Shown here: piece after piece, positions 40,101 through 53,272 of the stretch | How the letters are laid out: each line of letters starts with the position of its first letter | Position numbering within the stretch: position 1 is the first letter of the stretch | NCBI RefSeq assembly: GCF_006345805.1 | Contig: NC_043013.1 | Location: 20,708,001 to 20,772,000 of the forward strand | Reading direction: 5' to 3' | DNA: 64,000 nucleotides | DNA from: Octopus sinensis | Taxonomy: Eukaryota | Notes under the pieces: model-generated | What the model saw: the letters and a program-made list of their open reading frames with translations, nothing else | Told to the model about the DNA's origin: nothing | The model's database searches: none | Program-made: the position numbers and the translations under genes

Positions 40101-40805
40101 TTGTTTTGTGCAGTATATTTTTAAATGTAAGCTTGGGTTTATATGTGTGTTGTATGCCTTTACCTAAATATGGATGTGCGGCTACATACATATACACACA
40201 AACACACACATACATACATACATATATACATACATACATACATAACATACATACATACATACATACATACATACATACATACATGTATATGCGTACAATG
40301 TTGTCGGCAATACGTACTGAGTTCACTTGAACTCTGTATGCTTAAGTGTATGCTCGAATTGTAAAACCGCCATTTGTAAGTGTATGTGTTTATGAATATC
40401 CACTTCCGTGTATATGCGTCAGTGTGTATTTGTTAAGACTGTGATGTATAATGAAGGACGTGAGAAGTCTGAGAAAGGAATCCATTAGTTCATCCACCTT
40501 AAGTATCAGGTCTACCGTTATGTGCTAGTCACTTATCCATCTACGCATACGCACGTTCCGAGACACAGTACAAATACATAACCCCCATTTTGTATGCATT
40601 ATTTCGTCTTCAAATATATATTTATACATACATACATATATACATACGTACATATATACATATATATATAATCAAAATAAGCAACAATGATATCCAGAGC
40701 ACCTTATTTTGAAATTGTATGGATAATTCCATACCAAATTCTGGTGCCTCAACTTAAGTACCATATTCATCTGAATTTTATATATATATATTATTTTATA
40801 GAAGG

Positions 40806-40854
40806 AGCTTCTACAGGACTAGAATGTTCATTCAAAAGAAATCATCAGGAAGCT
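40806..40854 (-). ncRNA. Hammerhead fold, family A (locus A3, - arm), defective
   Basis: Inverted copy of the + arm with two single-base deletions (GAAAC to GAAC; stem III), which may be decay or sequencing error. Confidence 0.5.
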
Positions 40855-40901
40855 TCCTGATGATTTCCTTTGAATGAAACAGTTCTAGTCCTGTAGAAGC
40901 T
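40851..40901 (+). ncRNA. Type I hammerhead ribozyme fold, family A (locus A3, + arm)
   Basis: AGCUUC-CUGAUGA-UUUCCUUUGAAU-GAAAC-AG-UUCUAGUC-CU-GUA-GAAGCU. Differs from A4 only at N7, loop II and loop III. Confidence 0.8.
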
Positions 40902-40982
40902 CCTTCTATAAAATAAATTAATTTACTCTATTGTATTGAGTAGCTTATTTACTGTGGTTAACCCCCGACTCACCCGGGACCT

Positions 40983-41037
<55 letters not shown>

Positions 41038-41229
41038 TATATATATATATATATATATAGCGAGCAAAACGCCACACCCGTCCAAGGACGGTGCTGAGTT
41101 GTCAAACATTTAAAGCAAAATTCCTCAGAACATCTTGGTCCGACCGTCCCATAGGCCTCCCTTTTGAGACACACTAAATTTGAGACACCAGCAAAAGAAG
41201 AAATATGGATAGGCTTTTTTCTATTCCAA

Positions 41230-41417
41230 AGAAAAACGATTTCCCACGGCTCTATCGATCGCATTCTCACCTGGAATTGATTTGTGTAATTATTTCAAAA
41301 CTTATACACTCCCTGATACCGTCGGTACCTACATATCAAGTTTGAGCGCAATCGGATGGAGAATGCCCGAGATCCTAGAAGCCACACACAGAGATAGAAC
41401 GGATTATATATAAAAGA
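41230..41417 (+). mobile_element. Possible Helentron-type non-autonomous element end
   Basis: ...CAAGTTTGAGCGCAATCGG...ACACACAGA...GGATTATATATAAAAGAT resembles HINE-like termini. Confidence 0.3.
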
Positions 41418-42016
41418 TATATAAGACAGTACAATCTGTGATTGATTTACCACTGTTGGATACCGAATGTTCTGTGATTTAATCATAGATTATATTTTCG
41501 CATCAGGACAACATTTATTTTATATTTTTATAAGGTTTAGATTTACACTTTTACTCAAAACGAACTCTGTGTTAGAATTTCTATTCATAACACGTAACCG
41601 TTAATCTGGAGCAACAGAAATTTATGTCAGTTAAAACGTGGTACTTCGTAACTCCGGTGGTTAGACGAAACAACTCACGTTCGATTCTTCACCGTTACTG
41701 AATTTCCGACAACTTGCAGGTTATACGTTGACAGTGACAGGGTATGTATTTAAAGTTCTTGCTATCATCTGTGATTTGTTTTTATTAAAATTTACAGAAG
41801 GTTGTCGTTGGAAGTCCTTAATGGAGCGAGAGAAAGAACGAAGCTCAACGATCCTGAAAGATGGCGGTATGGTTGTTTACTTTGACCACCGCACAGATGT
41901 CGCTATACATTGCAATGATCTAGGCTTTGAAAACGAGACCGAATATTACCGCCGCGAGAACAGCCTCTAGGTATTGAAGGTAACCCTGTCAAAAGTTTTA
42001 ATAATAATAATAATAA

Positions 42017-42059
<43 letters not shown>

Positions 42060-42084
42060 AATAATAATAATAATAATAATAATA

Positions 42085-42238
42085 AGCATTTCTACTATAG
42101 GCACATGGCCCGATATTTGGGGGAGGGTAGGTCGATTTCATCAACCCCGAAAGGTGGAAAGGTAAAGTCGAACTCGAATGAAATGTTGCTAAGCATTTTG
42201 CCCGACGTGCAAACGATACTGCCAGTTCACCGCCTCAA
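42085..42238 (-). mobile_element. S4 SINE with deletion
   Basis: Reverse complement of the S4 head and tail. Confidence 0.7.
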
Positions 42239-42432
42239 GAAGAAGAAGAAGAAGAAGAAGAGAAGAAGAAGAAGAAGAAGAAGAAGAAGAAAGAAGAAGA
42301 AGACAAAGAAGAAGAAGAAGAAGAAGAAAGGAGGAGAGAAAGAAGAAGAAAGAAGAAGAAGAAGAAAAAAGAAGAAGAAGAAGAAGAAGAAGAAGAAGAG
42401 AAGGAAGAGAGAAGAAGAAGAAGAAGAAGAAG
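42236..42432. repeat. Imperfect (AAG)n purine tract
   Basis: Direct reading. Confidence 0.95.
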
Positions 42433-43015
42433 CAGAGGAATGGCAGTACTAATAGTAATCATTATTGTTTTTCTTTTCTTAGTGTTATGTTGAGTGTACC
42501 CTTCAGCATACGTAGACGAAATCAAAATGCTGTTTTCACGACGACGAACTGTTATAAGGCTGCATGCAGACTTGAGATTCTAGATTCCCAGTTTCTGGTG
42601 ATTTGGCAAATTATATTTCTTATAACTATTTTGTTAAATGGCATTTATGCTGACTATTGCCATTGACAACGCATGCATGATTAGAGGAAGCTGTTTACAG
42701 ATATACTATTATAAAGTTCACGCGTATACACACGAACAACGTATGTAGGTAAATAGATTGAAGAAGAGAGAAATGTATGTGAACGTGCTGCTTTCCTCTG
42801 TCTCTCGATAAGATCATGATATTTCTTCCATTATAAGAATACTTACAAATATTTCTGATAATGTGTTCCTGATCGGGTGCCCTGGATATTCACAACAAAC
42901 TATTCAAAGTGAATTTTATTTCTTCCTTACTTATATAAATACATATTCAGGAAAAGTAAAATTAAAATCTGTTTTTCCGGTAGTTCGGTCGGTCGGTCTC
43001 TCTTACTCCCTCCCG

Positions 43016-43069
<54 letters not shown>

Positions 43070-44424
43070 GTGTATGTGTATTTATTTACATATAATGTAA
43101 TTTACTTCCACATTTGCTCAACAGACCTGTTAAGCAGACGGATCACTTGCCCTGTGTTTAACAATTTGAGATGTAGTTCATACATTTGTTGAAAACATAC
43201 GTATGCCACTATTTGCTTCATTAAAGATATAAAAATCATAAGATCTATTCATCTTTCATCTAAAAGAGTATAAATCCAAAGTGGAAAGATGGTCGATGAC
43301 CTGGTTCTGTGGTTATGAAGTGTGCTTCGTACTTACATGGTTTTTTTTTATGTTCGATCCCAAAGTGAGAACATTTGGTAAATTCCATCAACTATAACGT
43401 TGAGTAGACCAACGTTACAGAAACTGTGCCCGGGCCTTTCAAAGAGACTATTTCCATCGTAGATAAACCAAATATCGGCTGCAGATGGTTCGTTTGTCAA
43501 CAAATTAACTTCTTCCTTTCCGAACACTCGTCTTGGCCACCCTGAAAACGATAAGGGATGCTATTTTGCTACGCAAAGGAAATGACAACAACAACGAATT
43601 TATTTCTTTTTAACCGTTTTCCTTTTATCGAAGGTCAGCTGAAGTACCAGTTATATAGTTAAAAGCTCTCTGTCCTACTCTCTTCTATTCTAGAATTACA
43701 TTTTTCAAAGTGTCTTACCTCTGTGATTTCAAAACGGAAGCATTTGTTTTGAAGGATGTTTAGCTGTTATTTCCCGCCGATCAAACGATCGGGCTGAAAC
43801 TCACTCATTTTCTCGGCTTGTGTTTATTGTAGTTGTTTAGACCTAGTGCAACATTAAATGCACTGATCTTTGTTCAAAGATGTTCCAGACTTGACCAACT
43901 CTTCACATTTTATATATCTCTCACTTCTCCTTCACTACCAGAAGTGTTCCTGATTACGAGTTGGGCGTAATTCGAGAAAATATGCTTGCTATTTCCTGCA
44001 ATTCAAACGGCTTCAAAGAGACAGCTTTATTTTTAATGAGTAAGAGAAGGGAATATTATTATGCAAGATCGATTCAACATGGGAGAAAAATACATTCATT
44101 GTAAAACGTGGAATAAGTGTGGATGGTTCAGATGTGTGTCGGTTCAGTTACTGGTACCTTTGTAATTTATAACAATATGTCTGAATAGGAAGTGTCTGGA
44201 ATGCAGACATTGTTGCTCGTAAAAAAAGCCAGTGCTTCGGTTTTCTCGTCGTTATTCATATCTGTCAACAATATACGCTGGAGAAGGAAATACCCATAAA
44301 CGCATACACATACACACGTATGCATGTATGTATGTATGTATGTATGTATGTATGTATGTATGTATGTATGTATGTATGTATGTAGTATGTGTATGTGTGT
44401 GTGCGTGTTTGTGTGTGTGTGTAG

Positions 44425-45150
44425 GTATGTCACTTTTATTTTTTAGTTATCATAAACCTTCCACTGAGGAGGGAGCCGGCTTCCAAGAAAGATACAAGGC
44501 TCCATCTTTGGGATGTACTTAACACAGACAAATTCACATTTGAAACTTGAGAAAAGTCTTGCATATTTTTACTATTCCACTCAGAGACTGGCCTTGTAAT
44601 GTACAAATCAGCCAGTCAGTTTCTCATTCTGAAAATCTCATTTTCTCCAGATTCTCCTTTAAGCATTTGCTAACAAAACCTAGTATTCCAATTATTATTG
44701 GCATGAATATTAATTCATAGTCTGGATATAGATGCTAGAGACTTCGAAGCAGTCGTCCATAGCTATCCTCTTTTTGTTTGATTTTCAAAGAGATATTTAT
44801 AACTGCAGGGCAGCTAGTCTATGATGGTGCATATCTTTGCCCCTCTCTACCCAAACAATAATATCCAGCCTGTTATGCTTACATTTGACAGAAGTTTTGA
44901 TGGGAATATTCCACCAGTATTCCTTGAGTTTATGAATGTATTCCATAACAGTGTGATTTTCTTAGTATATTTCGGGACAGTCTTTTTTTGCGGATGACAT
45001 TGTAAATTGTTTTAGCAATAACATCGTGCCTCATAGGGAGGTAGCACCGTGACGACATTTTAGGATAGCTGCTAATCACATGCGCCATGTCCTCTACAAA
45101 AGCATAACATAGCCTACACATGTGGGATTACAAGAGCGTCACTGTCTCGC
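44425..45150 (-). mobile_element. 3' fragment of an R4/Dong-type (RLE) non-LTR retrotransposon, decayed
   Basis: CRLC..ED..HVISSYPK..Y..RHD zinc knuckle (45121 downward), then EYWWNIPIKT..HNRLDI..D.SCP..N..K..K...Y..L...L.LYPDY...PIIIG.LG RLE domain with stops and frameshifts; stop at 44534. Confidence 0.85.
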
Positions 45151-45168
45151 TTATGCATGTGTATATAC

Positions 45169-45199
<31 letters not shown>

Positions 45200-45913
45200 T
45201 GTATGTATGTATTTATGTATGTATGTATTTATGTATGTATGTATTTATGTATGTATGTATCTATGTTTGTGTGTATATATGTTTGTGTGTATGTATATAT
45301 GTATGTATGTTTGTGTGTATGTATGTTTGTGTGTATGTATGTTTGTGTGTATATATGTTTGTGTGTATGTATGTTTGTGTGTATGTATGTTTGTGTGTAT
45401 GTATGTATGTATACAAGGTTTGGACTAAATAATGGAAACACATTCTTAAATGGAAGTTCTATCATTTAATACAGGATTAGTCCCACTTCAAAAATCAATC
45501 CCGGATTTAGTACTCTTAATAAGTCTAGAAATTGACATATATAGGTTCTGAAGGGTTATTTGAGGGATTTTGATCCATTCTTCAAGCAAAGCTTGTTTTA
45601 GCTTCTTCGGTGACTATGACGGAGGAAAGCGGTTCCTCACTTGCTGCCCCAAAATGCATTTAAAATTTTTCATAATATTGTGATCTGGTATTTGTGATGA
45701 CCACTCCAAATGATTGACTTCACTTTTATGCCTTTCGTACCAATCAGACGTATGAATCGACGCATTATCGTCCTGGAAGACTGCATGACCATAACGGTGC
45801 ATATTTGTACCATAGGATTTATTCGACCCGCAAAAATACTCTGGCACTCCTAGGTGTTGATTCTGCTAAATAGCGCAACTACAAGGCCAAGAAAATTCCG
45901 TGATGAGGCAGAC

Positions 45914-46044
45914 CAACTTGTTTCTCCTCACTATTTACAAAATCCATCTCAGAAGACAATTCTCCAGAGTGCTGTGTATTAAGATTCGACCAAAAAACGT
46001 CATGGCAGCGTAGTAAACTGTTCAGTCAGCTATGGCAGCAGTAC
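45914..46044 (+). repeat. 131-bp segment duplicated at 47592-47723
   Basis: Direct copies differing by about 2 substitutions and one extra A. Confidence 0.9.
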
Positions 46045-46409
46045 AAAGCACTTTTTATGCTTCACATTAAGGGCCAAATAGTCTCGAATGAAGTATTCTT
46101 TCGACTGTCTCCAGACAAAATCTCACCTTGAAGTGAAACAAGGAGGGAATAAGGATTTATCGGATAGGATAATATTGTTCTTGTCAGTCATTATCCACTT
46201 CTGATAGCCTATATGCCATTTTACCCGCTCATCAATCTTTCAGTCCTCCTATAGTTTCCAGCTTTATGAACCTCACGACACAAGGTTCCGCGTGACACAG
46301 GAATGGCAAGATAATAGTTCAGCTCTGCTGTTGCTTTTGCTGCTGTTGAGCGAATGGTCTTCGTCCCAGAGCTCGCAAGATGGGAGAAGTTCGAAATGTA
46401 GTCCTTTGC

Positions 46410-46715
46410 TATTCGTAAGACCAGCAGAAGAGAAAGCAGGTCAACCCCCAAAACCGAGAGCATCGACGGATGGATTAATGCACATCCAGGCTCAGTGGTT
46501 GCGTAGGAAGTCGGAGACAAGAAACAGGAAGAAAGAGTGAGAGAAATTTTGGGCGAAATAGTAAAACAGGGGTCGCCACAACCCACTTCCGGAGCCTCGT
46601 GGAGCTTTAGGTATTTTCGCTCAATAAACACACACAACGCCCGGTCTGGGAATCGAAACCGCGATCCTCCGACCTCGAGTCCGCTGCCCTAACCATTGGG
46701 CCATTGCGCCTCCAC
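46410..46715 (-). mobile_element. S3 SINE inserted inside the Tc1 remnant
   Basis: Reverse complement of the S3 head and body, interrupting the Tc1 coding frame. Confidence 0.8.
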
Positions 46716-47361
46716 TGCTTTTGCTGTCGTAGTTTAATGCTTTTTAGACATGATACGTTTTGCTATTCTGTGGTGTCTCTCTGTGAGATTTGCCTTCTAC
46801 CCAAATTAATGCTTACCAGAGCTCGGTTTGCGTTACTTTTCAAATGTCAAAATGATTTTGGTGACCATACATCTCGAAACGTTAAACCGTTCAGCAGTTT
46901 TAGTGTCTGAAGCTCCAGCCATCTGCGCTCCAACAATTTGTCCTTTTTGGAAATTAGATACGCTATGGATTTTATTTAAATATAAATATTTTTAAAAAGA
47001 AAAACAGGACTGTTTTGAGGTTTATGACAAATATAACGCCGAGGAACAGATATGTAGAGACTACAACAGGTTTAAATTTCTTATACTGATAATAGAAACA
47101 TCAGTTAGATGAAAAGAACCGTTTCCCTTATTTTGGGACACATCTTTTGTTTGTATGTGTGTATGTATGTATATCAAATCACTATGGTGAGAAATTTGAA
47201 AATATCTAACACCTGGTGAGCTATTTTTCATTTACTTCTCAGTTTCTATGCTTGCCAAATACCTTTTAATTGTAAACCGAACAAACGGAAACTCTTTCCT
47301 TCTTTCTTTCTTTCTTTATGTCTTTCTTTCTCTCTTTTTTTCTCTCTCTCTCTCTCTCTAA

Positions 47362-47406
<45 letters not shown>

Positions 47407-47446
47407 CAAACAGATAGATAGATAGGTAAATAGATAGATAGATGGG

Positions 47447-47501
<55 letters not shown>

Positions 47502-47503
47502 TT

Positions 47504-47585
<82 letters not shown>

Positions 47586-48009
47586 TTTCATCAACTTGTT
47601 TCTCCTCACTATTTACAAAATCCATCTCAGAAGACAATTCTCCAGAGTGCTGTGTATTAAGATTCGACCAAAAAAACGTCATGGCAGCGTGGTAAACTGT
47701 TCAGTCAGCTATTGCAGCAGTACTTTTTAAATTACAATTTTATCGTGAATCTTTCGAAATTTCTGGCTCCTCTCACGGACATGTTAAAACATGATTGAAT
47801 CCCTTGTGATGGTAACTATGAAAGTTGAATTTGATGATGCCAGTTTCAATGGCACCAATTAGTGACACTCTGTATCTATTTAACTGGCAGCTGCGTCTTA
47901 TTTGACAAAGCAATTTGTCAACGATATAATGAACATATCTACATAACTATCAATACCTAAATGAATTATCCGATGTTTCTGAAATACATTTTATAGAAAA
48001 CTATTATAG

Positions 48010-48552
48010 TATTGGGCTGTCCGGAAAGTTCATGCCGATTTATAGTAGCTTACCTTTCGACTTATTTTACAACATGGTTGAGTCCATAAAATAGGATTTG
48101 GCTACACCTCCATTTAGAACACAGTTTAAGCTATCTTTTCGTGGAAGAATGTTTATGTTCGTACAACCTGTGTTAATTCTGTAACCCTTTAAAATGGAAG
48201 ATAAGAAAGTTCATTTTCGGCACTTGATGCTTTGGGAACCAGACAAAGATTGCTGCTGCTCGGCTGGGATGTGTTACCCCACCCTCCATATTCACCAGAT
48301 ATTGCTCCTTTGGATTTCCACTTATTCCGGTCTCTGCAGAATAGTACACATTTCAATTCCTTGGATGACGTAAAATGATACCTCGATGAATTATTTGCCA
48401 TGAACCACGTCAATTCTGGGAAAAGGGTATTTTCAAGTTAAAGGTAAGATGGAGACGCATTGAGCAACAAAATGGTTCATATTTGGTTCATTAAAAATGT
48501 AATGGCAAGTATTTATTGATCTTTTTCTTTCCTTCAAAAGGACAACCCAATA
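48010..48552 (+). mobile_element. Internally deleted mariner-family transposon
   Basis: TA-TTGGGCTGTCC / GGACAACCCAA-TA TIRs; MEDKKVHFRHLML start at 48194 joined to GWDVLPHPPYSPDIAPLDFHLFRSLQN...; stop at 48492-48494. Confidence 0.9.
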
Positions 48553-48639
48553 CTTTGGAATCTTACAGAAACCTATCTCTGTAATTATTACAATGAGTCT
48601 GATTAGACTAACGGAATATGTTTTACATATTGGTTTCAA

Positions 48640-48820
48640 ATATTGGAACAAGGCCAACAAGTTCACAAAGTATTGAACTGGTTCTTATTTCATCGACCCC
48701 GAAAGAGATGAAAGGTAAAGTCGACCGCTGCAGAATTTCAACCCAGAACGCAAAGACAGACGCAATGTCGCAAAGCATTTTACCCAGAGTGCAAGTGATT
48801 CTACCAGCTCGCTGCCTTGA
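48640..48820 (-). mobile_element. S4 SINE
   Basis: CATCGACCCCGAAAGAGATGAAAGGTAAAGTCGAC. Confidence 0.75.
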
Positions 48821-48894
48821 ATAAAATTTATATATTGATGAGGGAAATATTATAGGTTTTTTTCTTCACAATTATACAGAAATAAATTAATTTC

Positions 48895-49335
48895 TCACTA
48901 TTGACGATGAATAACATTAGCTTCAAGGTTCATCCAAGACTGGGAGTACGGGCCATACGTCCCCTGCCCAATTCAAGATCACAACATACATGTACACTGC
49001 AACATAATTTCTTTTCCTCAACAGGCCCTGCCCTATTTAACATTGTCCCGAGGGAGATCAAAGAGGAAAAGGATCCCAACAACTTTAAACGGAGTCTGGA
49101 TAGATTCCTTCAAAGAATACCAGATAAGCCACCCATAATTGGATACAACTCACTCAACAAGAACTCACTACTTGAACAAAACTTGATACAACTCACCCAA
49201 CAAGAACTCACTACTTGAACACAACTTGACTTAAACAGGATTCGAATAATCCTATCAGGTGGTGCTATTAAGTTAGACATGGCCTGGACCAATCTTTGGT
49301 CGAAACATATCTAAGTTTATCTAAGTTTATCTAAT
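48895..49335 (+). mobile_element. 3' end of a CR1/L2-group LINE
   Basis: ORF 48901-49218 with F..TGPALFNIVP.EI..FKRSLDRFL..IPDKP...GY..NSL C-terminal motif; ends in a tandem (TCTAAGTTTA)n tail. Confidence 0.75.
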
Positions 49336-49938
49336 ATGCGGTGAATCTTCCGTGGTAGCTGTAAATGAACATACACGATCAAATAGTATTTTGTTTACAA
49401 ACAAGAAATTTTAGAGGTTAGAATGCAGAATTAGAAATTTTTCTAAAAGCTACAGAACTACAAATTGTTACTGTTTCATTCAACATAGTTAAGTATTTGT
49501 AACTTTCGTTCTGTTTACCTGGAAGTAAATGTGATGAAGAGTGATGAGTCTAGCATTACGTTTTTATGGAAACATCTATATATCTCCTGCTCTATCTTTT
49601 AAGACAGAATTCTGATTAGTCAGCCACCTGGCTCAACACAAATACCGTGTTCGGGAAAGAAACCAATGATTTTTCAGTGCAAATTATTCGAGCAACTGGA
49701 GCTCGCTAGGATATAATCACCTATTAGATAGCCTTAGAAACAATAAATATTGATTTTTCTACAAAACCCGTTGGATACATTAAGTCCAGCAGCGAAGGTA
49801 GGTTGTTACTCGGTGAAGTTGAAATGCGGCTTAAAGAATAACAGCAGAACAGATTAACGGTTATAGCCGGCAACTGAAGATTATAGGTGCTTTACATATA
49901 TACACATGTGTTTATCTATATATATATATATGTATATA

Positions 49939-50049
<111 letters not shown>

Positions 50050-50676
50050 ATATATATATATATAATATATATATATATATACATATACATATACATATAT
50101 ATGCATATATACGCGCACATACATATGCATGCAAATATTTATATATACAAATGCACACATACATACATATATATATAAACATATATACATACATAAAACG
50201 TATGTACATACATATATACGTTTGCGTGTGTTTATATACATATATATATATATATATACATATACATACATACTTATATGTGCACACATATTTACATTGT
50301 ATGTGCGTGTAAATAAACATACATATACGTATGTGTTTGTGATGTGAGATGAAGTATAAAGGCGCCTGGTCTGTGATGATACGATGACTGACGCTAAATT
50401 GAAGTCCTCTCCTCACTCAACTATATAAATCAATGATTTGCAACGAGTTGATCAGAACATCAAACGTTCTTTTTATCCAGCTTGGAGAACGATTTCTCGT
50501 TAGGTATTCATGTGATAAAATTTTCTATTGAGAAATTAGCTTCTTGACAGTTGAAATAACAGAACGAAAGAACACATTAATAGATACAACCCGCACATTT
50601 ACTCATCTATTCCCTTCTTGGCATTTAATAAAAATTCACGTTCCAAAACTTTTTAGAAACCCCCAACAGTATTATG

Positions 50677-50751
<75 letters not shown>

Positions 50752-50954
50752 ACTCGGTCTAAACTTCAGAAGATTACTCATCAGAAAAAAAAAATAGAAA
50801 CTGTAGCTTCAAATATATTACAGAGACTGCATCACGTTAATACGTGTCTCAACAATTGAATGGAAACCCGGACAAACAAATGTGTGGTACGCTTCTTATA
50901 TTCCCCTACATTGTCGATGTTTCAACTGTAGGAAAGGGACTTTCTAAATATTCG

Positions 50955-51084
50955 TCGCTGTGTGGTAAGAAGCTTGCTTCCCAACCACATGATTCCGGGT
51001 GGATTCAGTCCGACTGTGTCGCACGTTGGGCGAGTGTGTTTTCTACAATAGCTACGCCGACCAAAGTTTTGTGAATGGTTTTAG

Positions 51085-51157
<73 letters not shown>

Positions 51158-51285
51158 GTGTGTGTGTGTGTGTGTACCTTAGTGTCTGTATTTGTCCCCG
51201 ACCAGCACTTGACAAATGGTGCTGGTGAGTTTATGACTTCTAACTTAGCGGTTCTGCATAAGAGATGGATAGAAACATTAGCACT
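50955..51285 (+). mobile_element. S1 SINE with internal (TG)n
   Basis: S1 head, (TG)n, partial tail. Confidence 0.75.
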
Positions 51286-51294
51286 GGCGTCGAT

Positions 51295-51535
51295 TCTTAT
51301 TTCTTCATTGCCCACAAGGGGCTAAGCACAGATGGGATAAACAAGGACAGACAAAGGGATTAAGTCGAATACATCGACCCCTTTGCGTAACTGGTATTTA
51401 ATTTATCGACCTCGAAAGGATGATAGGGAAAATCGACCTTGGCGGAATTTCAACTCAGAACGTAACGGCAGAAGAAATACCGCTAAGCATTTCGCCCGGC
51501 CTGCTAACGTTTCTGCCAGCTCACCGCCTTCACTA
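51295..51535 (-). mobile_element. S4 SINE
   Basis: Near full-length reverse complement of 30795-31042. Confidence 0.85.
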
Positions 51536-51657
51536 AAAACTCTTGCAGGCTGTGCCCAAGCACTGCCGCAATCTAATTACTGAAACAATTAAAAGGTTGT
51601 GTGTGCGTGTGTGTGTGTTTGTGTATGTGTGTGTGTGTGTGTGTGGTGTGTGTGTGT

Positions 51658-51690
<33 letters not shown>

Positions 51691-52065
51691 ATTATGTATA
51701 ATCCGAATCGTTCGAAAGAGATCAGCAGAGAAGGATGGTTATATGGCATCATTGTGAGATACACACTGAAATTCTTTCTCGATATCGTTTTTATTTTCTG
51801 CTATTCCAACGTTACTTTTATTGTCGTCTTCATCTGTTCACATAATAATGATCTGAACTCTGACATCTCCTGGCTGGAATTTTTACAAAAATAACTTCTA
51901 CAAAATATCTTCTATGTCTCCATCATACAATGTTCTCTTTTTAGAAGCCATCTTCAGATATATATTTTCCTGATACGATCGACAGTTTAAATTGTCTGCA
52001 ATTTTCATGATATCCACACCAGATTATATAATGTCATCGATAGATAAAGGTAGATAGCTGGTTGA

Positions 52066-52157
<92 letters not shown>

Positions 52158-52350
52158 GTAGGTAGGTAGGTAGGTAGGCAGGTAGGTAGGTAGGTAGGTA
52201 AGTAGGTAGGTAGGTAGGTAAGTAGATAGGTAGGTAGATAGGTAGGTAGGTAGATAATAGATAGATAGATAGATAGATAGATAGGTAAATAGATTGATAG
52301 ATAGATAGATAGATAGATAGATAGAAAGGTAGATAGATAGATAGATAGAT
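52066..52350. repeat. Compound (GATA)n-(GGTA)n-(GATA)n array
   Basis: Direct reading. Confidence 0.95.
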
Positions 52351-52624
52351 AAACACAAGCATATAGAAGAATAGGTACATAGATACACACGTAGACAGGC
52401 AAAGATGGATAGTTAAGTAGATAATTGGTTATTGAACCAGGAGTTCAATTTCGCTGCTAGTATTGTGTGTCGTCTTAAGAGCAGAAAAGTTTATTCTTTA
52501 TTCTCATAGTTTCATCGTCAGCGACTTGTACCAAAGTGTCAGGCAGCATTACAGAGGCAGCCTTTTCATGCACCATCAATTAATTATAGATGATATAGAT
52601 GCCATTATGTCCACCAGAAGAGCA

Positions 52625-52835
52625 GTGCTTTTCTATACTTGGTACAAGGCCCGAAATCTTTTGGAGGAGGGGGCCAGTCGATTAGATCAACCCCTGTACG
52701 CAACTGCTACTTAATTTGTCGACCCCGAAAGGATGAAAGGCAAAGTCGACTTCAGCGGAATCTGAACTCAGAATGTAAAGGCAGACCGCTAAGCATTTCG
52801 CCCAGAGTGTTAACGTTCCTGCCTACTCGCCGCCT
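52625..52835 (-). mobile_element. S4 SINE
   Basis: GTCGACCCCGAAAGGATGAAAGGCAAAGTCGAC. Confidence 0.8.
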
Positions 52836-52899
52836 ATCAATAAAAGTTCGACCTGGGTCAAGCAATCTGACCCCACAGGCTCCTTTGACGTAGCGATGA

Positions 52900-53272
52900 G
52901 GGCCTACGACTACGCTTATGCATGAGGCCTCATCGGGTTGTATATCCTTGATACCCTTAAAAGAAGTGTTTTCCTCTGTCTTCTTAAGTCTGAAAAGAAA
53001 TAAGGTCCTAGCCATGCCTAGAGCTTCCTGTCAACCACCCATCGTGTTTAAAAACCTGGTGAAGGGTGTTAGTAAGAGGATCCGAACTTTTCCTCCAGCC
53101 AAGAGATTTTTGATGCAGCAGCCCCCTACTATAACGAGGCCCTAGTTTTTAGCGGATTTAGGGACCGCATCTCCTACATGCCGGGCTCCAACATCAGTAG
53201 AAGAAATTACCACAGAAATATCCTTTGGTTTACCCCACCTCTCTCTTAACCTAAAAACCTCTGTAGGTAGGA
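52900..53272 (+). mobile_element. Penelope-like element ORF remnant (RT C-terminus/linker), frameshifted
   Basis: Joined frames read PPIVFKNLVKGVSKRI..SSQEIFDAAAPYYNEALVFSGFRDRISY..RRNYHRNILWFTPPLS*, matching from memory the PLE HPP..K / RNI.WF.PP linker pattern. Confidence 0.7.

Larger units (their letters stand above)
40791..40984. mobile_element. Family A hammerhead palindrome element
   Basis: Palindrome 40791-40916 centred on AAGCTT, plus the family tail; TA-rich flanks. Confidence 0.75.
45412..47155 (-). mobile_element. Decayed full-length Tc1-like DNA transposon
   Basis: N-terminal SNFQKGQIVGAQMAGAS..KTAE (~46965-46800), TAAKATAELN..VS..TLCREVHKAG, SDKS..VWRQ.KE, and FQDDNASIH..W..Q.PD.N (45847-45614). 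Imperfect TIRs at ~45414-45441 and ~47121-47155. Confidence 0.85.
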
